From positions 39 to 64,038 of the forward strand of contig JAKAQL010000009.1 in NCBI GenBank assembly GCA_021822605.1: 64,000 nt of DNA, written 5' to 3'. This DNA comes from Actinomycetes bacterium (lineage in GTDB: Bacteria > Actinomycetota > Acidimicrobiia > Acidimicrobiales > Acidimicrobiaceae). The notes below the pieces were generated by a model. That model saw nothing but the letters and a program-made list of their open reading frames with translations. It did not search any database and had not been told where the DNA came from. Each line of letters begins with the position of its first letter. Positions within the stretch are counted from its first letter, which is position 1. A program made the translations under genes and the position numbers. This document shows, in pieces, positions 49,899 to 58,127 of this stretch.

Positions 49899-51170
49899 AT
49901 GAAATTTGCCCAGGATCCAGCTTCGGATACAGGTCTGAACCACTCGTTGTTGCGTCGGAAAATGTGGGTCGGATTTCTTGTCGTATGGGGTCCGGGCCTT
50001 CTCGTCATGCTGGCCGATACCGATGTCGGTAGCCTGGTGACGGCGGCACAGTCAGGTGCTCAGTTTGGGTACAAGATGGTTCTGCCCGATTTGATCCTCA
50101 TGCCGATTCTTTACTTTGTGCAGGAGATCACTGTGCGACTAGGAATCGTCACAGGTAAGGGGCATGGTGCTCTGATTCGTGAACGCTTCGGCAGGGGCTG
50201 GGCGTTCCTCTCGGCGGGCACGCTCTTTCTCACCGCAGTAGGTGCTCTCTTGACGGAGTTTGTTGGCGTTGCCGGGGTTGGAGACCTCTTTGGCATTCCA
50301 CGTGTCATATCGGTCCCGGTCGCTGCAGCATTTCTCGTGGGAATCGCAATGACGGGTACGTACCCGAGAGCGGAGCGCATCGGCATCGCTCTGGGTCTCG
50401 CCGAGCTCGTATTCATCCCGGTAATGATCATGGCACACCCGAGCTTTTCGGCCATTGCCAATGGCTTCGGACAACTACCGCTTCACAATGGAGGCTTTGT
50501 CTTGCTCCTGGCGGCGAATGTCGGAGCGGTCATCATGCCATGGATGATCTTCTACCAGCAGGGTGCGATGGTCGACAAAGGTTTGACGCGAGCACACATC
50601 GCGGCCGCCCGGAGGGATACCGCCTTCGGTTCCGTCCTGACCCAGTTCATTATGGTGGTGATGGTAGTGACTTTCGCGGCCACCATCGGAGTCTCACATC
50701 CCGGTGCAACGTTGAACACGGTCGGCGAGATGTCGTTGGCGCTTCGTCCGTACGTCGGAGTGGTCGCTGCCAAAGTGTTTCTCGGCATCGCTATGCTCGG
50801 TGCCGGACTCGTCGCTGCTCTCGTCGCATCGCTTGCCGGCGCCTGGGGGTTGAGCGAAGCATTCGGTTGGAAACATACGCTCAATGCAAAGCCTGATCGT
50901 GATTCAGCTAAGTTCTACGCCACCTACACCCTGGCCCATGTGCTTGGGGCCGTCGTTGTTTTATTGAGCCTTGATCTGATCAGGCTAGTGATCTACGTAG
51001 AGGTGATGAACTCGCTGCTTTTACCGATCGTGCTTGGACTCCTCTTGGCTCTTGAGGCGAAAGCGCTACCGGAAACGTTCAGAATGCGTGGAGTCTATCG
51101 GGTGGTGGTCACAGCTCTCTGCGTGATCGTCATGGGGTTTGGACTCTACGTCATTCGTACCCTTGTGTAG
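49899..51170 (+). CDS. mntH: Nramp-family divalent metal (Mn2+/Fe2+) transporter
   Basis: 'GPGLLVMLADTDVGS' (DPGN-like motif region), about 11 TM segments, and 'ANVGAVIMPWMIFYQQ'. An alternative start lies at Met21. Confidence 0.88.
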   Translation: MKFAQDPASDTGLNHSLLRRKMWVGFLVVWGPGLLVMLADTDVGSLVTAAQSGAQFGYKMVLPDLILMPILYFVQEITVRLGIVTGKGHGALIRERFGRGWAFLSAGTLFLTAVGALLTEFVGVAGVGDLFGIPRVISVPVAAAFLVGIAMTGTYPRAERIGIALGLAELVFIPVMIMAHPSFSAIANGFGQLPLHNGGFVLLLAANVGAVIMPWMIFYQQGAMVDKGLTRAHIAAARRDTAFGSVLTQFIMVVMVVTFAATIGVSHPGATLNTVGEMSLALRPYVGVVAAKVFLGIAMLGAGLVAALVASLAGAWGLSEAFGWKHTLNAKPDRDSAKFYATYTLAHVLGAVVVLLSLDLIRLVIYVEVMNSLLLPIVLGLLLALEAKALPETFRMRGVYRVVVTALCVIVMGFGLYVIRTLV

Positions 51171-51200
51171 CATGCGGATCATCGCCATCGTAGGAGAGGG

Positions 51201-52388
51201 CTAGCTGATAGCTCCGAACTGAACAGGCGTACCAGACCAGGTGATTGGATCAAGAGATACGGGTCGGCCAGGGTTGGTGGCCTCCACTACCTGACCATTA
51301 CCAGCGTAGATCGCCACGTGATCGATGCTTGTGGCGCCCTCGGTGTCGTAGAACACCAGGTCACCTGGTTGGAGCTGAGAATACAGTATCGGAGTGGTGT
51401 CGGCGGCTTGATCCGCTGCTGAGTGCGGGAAGTCGATTCCCAGTTTGGAATAGATGTACATCACGAGTCCCGAACAATCGAAGATTTGCACCCCATTTTC
51501 CCATTGGCCCGCACCTCCCCAGACATAAGTGGTGTCGGCGGCGTTCACGATCTGTAGCGCCATCTGCGCCGCTTGTGCGGCCGCGGGCACATTGGAGCTA
51601 GGGACTGGAGTATCGGTCTGACTGGGTTGACTTGCGCCCGAGGGTGATCCGCCGACAGCTGGCGGGGCCTGTTGGGCGGCCAGTGCAGCTGCTGCCTGCG
51701 CCTGAGCCTGTTGGGCGGCAAGCGCGGCGGCTGCCTGGGCTTCACGTTGTTGGATTGCTGCTTGTTGTTGTTGATAGACCAATTGCTGGATCTGCTGGTT
51801 GACCTGGTTGAGGGTGGTGACCGCCTGCGCCTGGGCTGACTGCGCACGATTACGATCGGTGGCGAGAAGCGTGACCGTGCTGGCTTCATGTTGGTTTTGT
51901 GTGTTCAGCCGTTCCTCTTGCTGCTGCAGCGCTTGCTGAGCTGCCTGGTATCGCACGACATCTTGTTGCTGGATGTTGGTTGCAGTGTTGATCTCCTCTT
52001 GGGTGAGCGCGGTTGCGTCAGGATTGGTCTGCACGAGTGTGACGAAGTTACTGTTAGTCCCGCCTTGCATAAACAATCTGTCCGCTTCGGTGATCACCTC
52101 CGCCTGCAGGACTTTGAGATGCGCTTTTTCGGCTTTGATGGCATGTCTCGTCGCGATCACCGCGCTTTGTAGCTGCCCAAGCTTCGTTTGAGCCTGGTCG
52201 TAGTCTTCTGCATAGACCTGAACCTGATTGTCGAGGACATTGATCTGGTTGGCGATCGCCTTGGCCTTGGCCTGCGCGGTCTGCAGTGGAGTAGCAAAGG
52301 CTAGAGGGGAGGCAACTCCAGTGCTGGCGACGACGAGAGAGGTCACCGTCACGCCGATGAGGGCAATGCTGCCCCACCGTCTTAACAT
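51201..52388 (-). CDS. RipA-like NlpC/P60 peptidoglycan endopeptidase with coiled-coil N-domain
   Basis: A signal-like N-terminus, a long Q/A-rich coiled coil, and a C-terminal 'DCSGLVMYIYSKLG...GDLVFYD...HVAIYAGNGQVVEA' (Cys-His catalytic core). Confidence 0.85.
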   Translation of the reverse strand: MLRRWGSIALIGVTVTSLVVASTGVASPLAFATPLQTAQAKAKAIANQINVLDNQVQVYAEDYDQAQTKLGQLQSAVIATRHAIKAEKAHLKVLQAEVITEADRLFMQGGTNSNFVTLVQTNPDATALTQEEINTATNIQQQDVVRYQAAQQALQQQEERLNTQNQHEASTVTLLATDRNRAQSAQAQAVTTLNQVNQQIQQLVYQQQQAAIQQREAQAAAALAAQQAQAQAAAALAAQQAPPAVGGSPSGASQPSQTDTPVPSSNVPAAAQAAQMALQIVNAADTTYVWGGAGQWENGVQIFDCSGLVMYIYSKLGIDFPHSAADQAADTTPILYSQLQPGDLVFYDTEGATSIDHVAIYAGNGQVVEATNPGRPVSLDPITWSGTPVQFGAIS

Positions 52389-53084
52389 ATCGAAAACCTC
52401 GACATCAACATCACTCTTGCATCGTCATCTGCACCCGCTTATGTTAGGCTTTCCTTAGAAGCCTTTCCCTAGACGATAGCCGATGGAGACCGCTACCGGA
52501 CGCTATCTTCGCAAGTCTCCTGTTGGTCCACCAGTGGAAAGCCTCCGTCTGATAGCAAACGATCGCTCTGTGTGAGCGAAATAGAGTCAGCAACTGTGGT
52601 CGATGGATGCTGGGCGCACCGGCTGCTCTGTCGGTCGCGATGATCGATAGGGGTCGCTTGACCGGCCAGAGATGCAGGGTCATCGGGGATGATCGCACGG
52701 CGGTTGAGTCGTTCTGGTCGAAGTGACGGTGTGTCCTTCCTCGCGTCAGGGGTGACGGATCTGAAAACTGGGGGGGTTGTCCGATAGAACGAACAGCTGG
52801 AGGTAGTCGGAGCTGGCTGCGAGGGCTGGATTGGGCGAGAGCCATGAAGGGGCCTGGCTCGACGTCACTGTTGGCCCACGCGCCGCCCCCGCAGAGATCG
52901 CTGACATGTATTCCTGATCAGGGAGGCAGAAACCAGAAGCTGGTGTGGACTCAGTTGAGTGCGTAAGCAAGCAGTCCAACGAGGTCGAAGCGCTAAGGCT
53001 GATGGTCGACGGGCGCGTACGGTGTTGATGAGATTGATGGTGATCTCCACCCCCCAGCTTGGCTGTAGGCAAAGCTTCCGAGGT

Positions 53085-53126
53085 GACTTGACAGTTGCGA
53101 CTTGACAATGGCGACTTGACAATGGC
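53085..53126. repeat. 14-bp tandem repeat x3, each containing TTGACA
   Basis: GACTTGACAGTTGC GACTTGACAATGGC GACTTGACAATGGC, read directly. Confidence 0.9.
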
Positions 53127-53285
53127 GATGAAGGTCCCAGTTGAGTGCGATTGCGGCGGTGGGGTATTCACGGCCTGTGCGAGAATGGCTGAAGGTCATC
53201 CTCGCTGGAGTCATCGACAAACTTCTAGGCTAAGTCCGTAGCGAGAAGTAAGCTGGGCAGAGAGGGTCGTGGTGTCCGAGAGGTT

Positions 53286-53825
53286 GTGTTTTTGTGTTGG
53301 GGAAGTGCGAGTTCGTCGATGAGACGCTACGTCTATCGCGGCATTTTTGGCGTTGTTGGGCTCGTTTTCGCATGGTGGGAGGGTTTGCATCCATGGCCGA
53401 GCGACCCGGCTCATGTGAGTATCCTCACTGCCATCATCGTCATGTTTGTGCTGGCGATTCTTGTGGGTCGTCGCCACCAGCGCATGTCCAGTCGTGCCTG
53501 GTTGTCTCGGACGTGGGCTAGCATCAGACGACCAACGCAACGCCCACCTCTGTATCTTTTCGGAACGGTGGTCTGGGTGATGCTCGTGTTGGCGGTTGCT
53601 GGCTGGGACTTCCGCAGTTTTCTCTTAGAGCTACACTCACTGCCGACGCTGAGCTACCTGATTGGACGGGTTAGCCGTTTTGCAACGGGTAGGTCGATTC
53701 TTGTTGCCGCTTGGTTAGCTCTGGGTGCTTTTTTTGTCGCGGGCAATCGTGTTCATCTCGCTCCTAAGGGAGGCCGGACGTCGTCGCCTCCTCGGGATGC
53801 CGCGGATCGCGAGCAGCTGCCATGA
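53286..53825 (+). CDS. membrane protein (hypothetical)
   Basis: Four hydrophobic segments. The C-terminal 'LPTLSYLIGRVS..GRSILVAAWLALG' resembles the next small ORF. The start may be ATG 53319. Confidence 0.45.
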   Translation: MFLCWGSASSSMRRYVYRGIFGVVGLVFAWWEGLHPWPSDPAHVSILTAIIVMFVLAILVGRRHQRMSSRAWLSRTWASIRRPTQRPPLYLFGTVVWVMLVLAVAGWDFRSFLLELHSLPTLSYLIGRVSRFATGRSILVAAWLALGAFFVAGNRVHLAPKGGRTSSPPRDAADREQLP

Positions 53826-54019
53826 ACATCGGCCAAACAGTGTGGATCTCACTGGCGAGTGTCTTCATCGTCTGGCTCGTCGTAACCCAGCTGTGCTCGG
53901 ATCGGCTGCCGACCCTCAAGTCGATCGCTTTCGGCTTTCTTGATTCCTGGTTGGGTCGTGCCTTGTTGTTGGCAGGGTGGGCTGAGATGGGTTGGCATCT
54001 TTTCTGTCAGCACCCCTGA
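53822..54019 (+). CDS. small membrane protein (hypothetical), start overlaps previous stop
   Basis: ATGA overlap. Two hydrophobic segments. 'LPTLKSIAFGFLDSWLGRALLLAGWAEMGWHLF' is paralogous to the C-terminus of the upstream ORF. Confidence 0.4.
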   Translation: MNIGQTVWISLASVFIVWLVVTQLCSDRLPTLKSIAFGFLDSWLGRALLLAGWAEMGWHLFCQHP

Positions 54020-54241
54020 GGAATCAAATTATGCTGCGCCAGTTAATGCTCGGCCGATGCCAAGGGACATGCTGGTGCTAGCCTTCCTGTGCGGTCAGGA
54101 CGTCAGGGTCCGCATCGCTGGGGGTAAACGCCTCACTGCGGCCAACGGTTTGTAGGGCAGCTGTCTTAGATCTGAAGGCGTCCGTTTTAGACAAAAACCT
54201 TTGCCCATTGAGCGATTGGTGCTAGTACTTGCCGACACACT

Positions 54242-55312
54242 TTAGGTGAGGTGACCACGTGCGTCGATCGTGATCGGATCAGAGGCTTGCGTGATGAACT
54301 GGTCATAGAGGTTGACGACGGTGCAAATGTGGTTGGGCACGACGTGTAGCAGTGTGCCTTCCGGTGGGGGCGTCCCTTGATACGAGATGATTCCGTGATG
54401 CTCTGACACTCTGGTAACGACTGCACCATCGAGTTCTCGTACGAAACCATAACCCTCGACGAGTGAACTCGACTCAGCCGTCAGCGCCTTGCTGCCTGCA
54501 TCCACGACGAATTGACCCGGCACCGCGGTGCTGATCACTCGGGTTGCAACGACAGCTGCGACCTGATCGAGCCTCGCGGCCCCCAGCGCGATCTGTTGAC
54601 GATCATTGAGCAGGTAGGTGCCAGGGCGAGCTTCGGTGACGCCACCTCCGAGCTCGAGGGCTGTCGGGGAAGATCCAGCGCTCAGAACAGTCGCCGCGAT
54701 TCCGTGATCCTCAAGGCTTCGGCTCGCGGTCTCGAGAGCCTCACTCTCGTCCGCTGCCGCTCGGCTCACGGCTCCAGGGCCGGCGTAGCTGTGTCCACCA
54801 TGGGTAAAGACGCCAGCGATTCGTAGCCCGAGAGACTGACAGTGGAGGGCGAGAGGGCCAGCTTGAGAGGGGTGCACACCTGTTCGGTGTTGCCCGCTAT
54901 CGATCTCAACCATGACCTCGATGCTCTCACGCCTTTGCAGTTGTTCGGCGAGACTTTGCACACCACGCCGTGAATCCACGCCAATGCGAAGGTTGGCCGA
55001 GAGTGTGAGTTGGTCTAGTTTCGCAGCGGCATCGGCGGTGATCCAGAGAGGGCGCGCGATGAAGATATCGTCGAACCCGGCGGCAATAAACACTTCAGCT
55101 TCGCCGATCGTCGCGACGGTGATTCCATCGGCGCCAAGCACACGTTGGATTCGGGCGAGACTGGTTGATTTATGGGTCTTGACATGAGGGCGTAGTGAGA
55201 TCCCGCGATTGCGCAGTGCATCAGCCATCACCCTCGCGTTGGCCTCTGCAACCTCGAGGTCGATAAGGAGATAAGGCGTAGCGCGATTCTCTAGTGTTGG
55301 CGGGGTGCGCAT
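54242..55312 (-). CDS. D-TA family PLP enzyme (D-threonine aldolase / D-serine dehydratase-like, alanine-racemase N-fold)
   Basis: 'TPYLLIDLEVAEANARVM...LRPHVKTHKS' is a PLP-Lys context typical of the family. The start is taken at ATG 55312. Confidence 0.75.
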   Translation of the reverse strand: MRTPPTLENRATPYLLIDLEVAEANARVMADALRNRGISLRPHVKTHKSTSLARIQRVLGADGITVATIGEAEVFIAAGFDDIFIARPLWITADAAAKLDQLTLSANLRIGVDSRRGVQSLAEQLQRRESIEVMVEIDSGQHRTGVHPSQAGPLALHCQSLGLRIAGVFTHGGHSYAGPGAVSRAAADESEALETASRSLEDHGIAATVLSAGSSPTALELGGGVTEARPGTYLLNDRQQIALGAARLDQVAAVVATRVISTAVPGQFVVDAGSKALTAESSSLVEGYGFVRELDGAVVTRVSEHHGIISYQGTPPPEGTLLHVVPNHICTVVNLYDQFITQASDPITIDARGHLT

Positions 55313-55962
55313 GCAGTTGACCTTTCTGTGCTGCATTCCGATCATAGTCCTTACGAACAAGGGTTCCAGGTAGATCCATCGACGGGGCGTCTTGGTTTGC
55401 CTCCACCGCCGGAGTAGTCGCATGTGCGCTGGATGTCCATTTGGATGGGAGGCCAGACGGCAGAGGAAGCAGCTTCGAGAACCCCACTATCTCTTGGTGA
55501 TGTACTAGCTATCTCACACGGCACTTCCCGCACGCTGGGCGTATTTGGCTAGTAATGGTATGTTCGAGAGCATGCCGGGGCTCAAGGCTCCAGGATAGGT
55601 AGGGCTGCAGCGTGCCCCAGGGCTCTTGGCAGTTAGCGTAGAGGATCGCTCTCATTGGGTTAGGTTATTCGCCTATAGACATCGAAAGACCCAGCCGGTC
55701 AGTTCCAAACCCCAACAGTAGTTCGGCCGTCTTTCGGGGACGAAAGTCCTTAATTTAGGCAAAGCGTATGGTGACTCGGCGCTGGCCGGATACCCTGGTA
55801 GGTATGTGCACGCGAGGAGCGACTGGGTAGCAAAAACAGTAGTCGACATTGCATAGATGATGCACTCGGTCCAGTAGCAGTGCAGCGATGGCAGCCGTCG
55901 ACTCGTGGTATGACCAATTCCCATACAATCCTCTGGCACACATCACGAAAGGCGAACAAACA

Positions 55963-57420
55963 GTGGCGAAGATAGTAATACTTGGTGCCGGAGTATCGGG
56001 GCATACCGCAGCACTGCATCTCAAGCGTCGGTTAAAGCAGAATCACGAGGTAATCGTCATCTCTCCCAACGCCGATTGGAACTGGATCCCATCCAACATC
56101 TGGGTTGGCGTAGGGAAGATGAAGACCTCCCAGGTCCTCTTCCCGTTAGCGCCGATCTACCGTCGCAAGCGCATTGAGTTTCATCAGGCTCGTGCCGTCG
56201 CGATCTGGCCCGAGGGTGACGAAGCAAACCCAATGGGGGCCGTTGATATCGTCTACACCGACCCGAAGAGGGAGGGCTCCAAGGAGCGCATCCGGTATGA
56301 CTTTCTGATCAACGCCACTGGTCCAAGGCTCAACTTTGAGGCAACGCCGGGCCTTGGGCCCGACCATAACTCGTGGTCCGTTTGTACCGCTGACCATGCA
56401 GCCAAGACCTCGGAGGCCTTTGCTGAGATCGTGGAGCAGCTTCGTCGTGGTGAAAAGAAGACCCTTGTCGTTGGTATGGGACATGGTTCGTGTACCTGCG
56501 AAGGGGCAGCTTTTGAGTACACCTTCAATGTCGAACACGAACTGAGGGAGGCGGGCGTCCGCGACAACGCGGAGATCGTCTACCTCTCGAACGAATATGA
56601 GCTTGGCGACTTCGGTGTCGATGGGATGCGGTTCTCACAGGGCGGATACCTTACCACATCGAAAATCTGGACGGAGTCGCTCTTCCGCGAGCGCAATGTT
56701 CGTGCGATTCTCCAAGCCCACGTCGAGCGTGTCGACCCAGGAGTGGTCCACTACGAGCAGCTCGACGGGACCAAAGGTTCACTAGCGTATGACTTCGCTA
56801 TGCTGCTGCCACCATTTCGTGGCGTCGACCTCCAAGCCTTCGATCGGTCTGGCACCGACATCACCAGTGATCTCTTTGCCCCAAATGGATTCTTGAAGGT
56901 TGATGCCGACTATACCTCGAAACCCTATGAAGAATGGACTGCCGAGGATTGGCCAAATACCTACCAGAGCCCAAAGTATGACAATCTTTTTGGTGTCGGT
57001 ATCGCGTTCGCGCCTCCTCATCCAGTCTCACGCCCTCGTACCAGTGTGAATGGAACACCAATATCACCAGCTCCTCCTCGCACCGGGATGCCATCTGGCG
57101 TTATGGGGCGAGTCGTCGCTGAGAACATCACCTACCGCCTCACTACTGGCGCAGCAGCTGGACCAAAGACTGCCTCCATGGCGACCATGGGAGCTGCGTG
57201 TATCGCCTCCGCTGGGGCGAATCTGAGAACAGGGTCGGCTGCCGCCATGACCATGTTCCCGATCGTGCCCGACTATCAGAAGTATCCTTTGACCGGTCGC
57301 GATGATAAAGGAACCACCGGAGAGATCGGACGAAGTGGCCACTGGACCAAACTTCTCTTGCACTATTTGTTCATGTACAAGGCGCGTGCTCTTCCGGGGT
57401 GGTATCTTATCCCTGAGTAA
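55963..57420 (+). CDS. sulfide:quinone oxidoreductase-like FAD-dependent oxidoreductase
   Basis: 'KIVILGAGVSGHTAALHLKRRL...VISPNADWNWIPSNIWVGVG' resembles the SQR N-terminus. GTG 55963 is preferred over ATG 55888 because the Rossmann motif normally sits at the extreme N-terminus. Confidence 0.75.
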   Translation: MAKIVILGAGVSGHTAALHLKRRLKQNHEVIVISPNADWNWIPSNIWVGVGKMKTSQVLFPLAPIYRRKRIEFHQARAVAIWPEGDEANPMGAVDIVYTDPKREGSKERIRYDFLINATGPRLNFEATPGLGPDHNSWSVCTADHAAKTSEAFAEIVEQLRRGEKKTLVVGMGHGSCTCEGAAFEYTFNVEHELREAGVRDNAEIVYLSNEYELGDFGVDGMRFSQGGYLTTSKIWTESLFRERNVRAILQAHVERVDPGVVHYEQLDGTKGSLAYDFAMLLPPFRGVDLQAFDRSGTDITSDLFAPNGFLKVDADYTSKPYEEWTAEDWPNTYQSPKYDNLFGVGIAFAPPHPVSRPRTSVNGTPISPAPPRTGMPSGVMGRVVAENITYRLTTGAAAGPKTASMATMGAACIASAGANLRTGSAAAMTMFPIVPDYQKYPLTGRDDKGTTGEIGRSGHWTKLLLHYLFMYKARALPGWYLIPE

Positions 57421-57481
57421 CGAACTCAGCAATCAATGATGACGGCACAGAAGACAATCAAAACTCTTGAAGGAGAACTTC

Positions 57482-57628
57482 ATGGATAACGCTAACCAAG
57501 ACATCGCTGATGCTCCGCTTCCCACTCGGCGAACCCTGCGAACACGCCAGAGTATGGCCTATCAGCTGATTCGATTTGCCATCTTCAACTTGCGAATGCT
57601 GCGTATGGTAGGGAAGGGTCACGACTAG
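57482..57628 (+). CDS. 48-aa small protein (not in ORF track)
   Basis: GAAGGAG lies 7 nt upstream of ATG 57482. It encodes MDNANQDIADAPLPTRRTLRTRQSMAYQLIRFAIFNLRMLRMVGKGHD, with an amphipathic/hydrophobic C-half. It lies 62 nt after the SQR-like stop. Confidence 0.45.
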   Translation: MDNANQDIADAPLPTRRTLRTRQSMAYQLIRFAIFNLRMLRMVGKGHD

Positions 57629-58127
57629 TGCGACTTTCGGCTGGGTCCGGAACCTTTTCGGTCATCTGGACTCAGCCGCCGACGTTGACCGGCAGTTCCT
57701 CATGAATGCAGAGACTCGAGAAACTGAGCCGTGTGACGAGGTGGATGCTGCTTCATCAGTGGGTATGCCAAGTCAACCTCGAAAGGCCAGTCCGAACCTC
57801 CATCGATCACCCTTTTTGGGCATGCACCTCGAAGAAGCAACAATAACCAACAATAACATAGCGCGCTCTGGCCACCCCTCCGTGTGGTTCACGGTGCTGC
57901 CCACACCTAACAGGTGGACTCCAAAGAACAGGTGTAGCATTCAGGAGGTTCACACCGCAGCGAGGCACCTAACCACCCTGTAGATGAGGAGACAACCTTG
58001 TTACTGGGGCCAAGAAGGTAGGTCCTGGCCTTGTTTGTCGCTGTTCTCGGGCCACTCCGAGTCGGGGGAGCGGAGGCTACGCACCACAGGTAATTGCCTT
58101 GAGGCCATTGAGGAAGAGGGCACGAAG

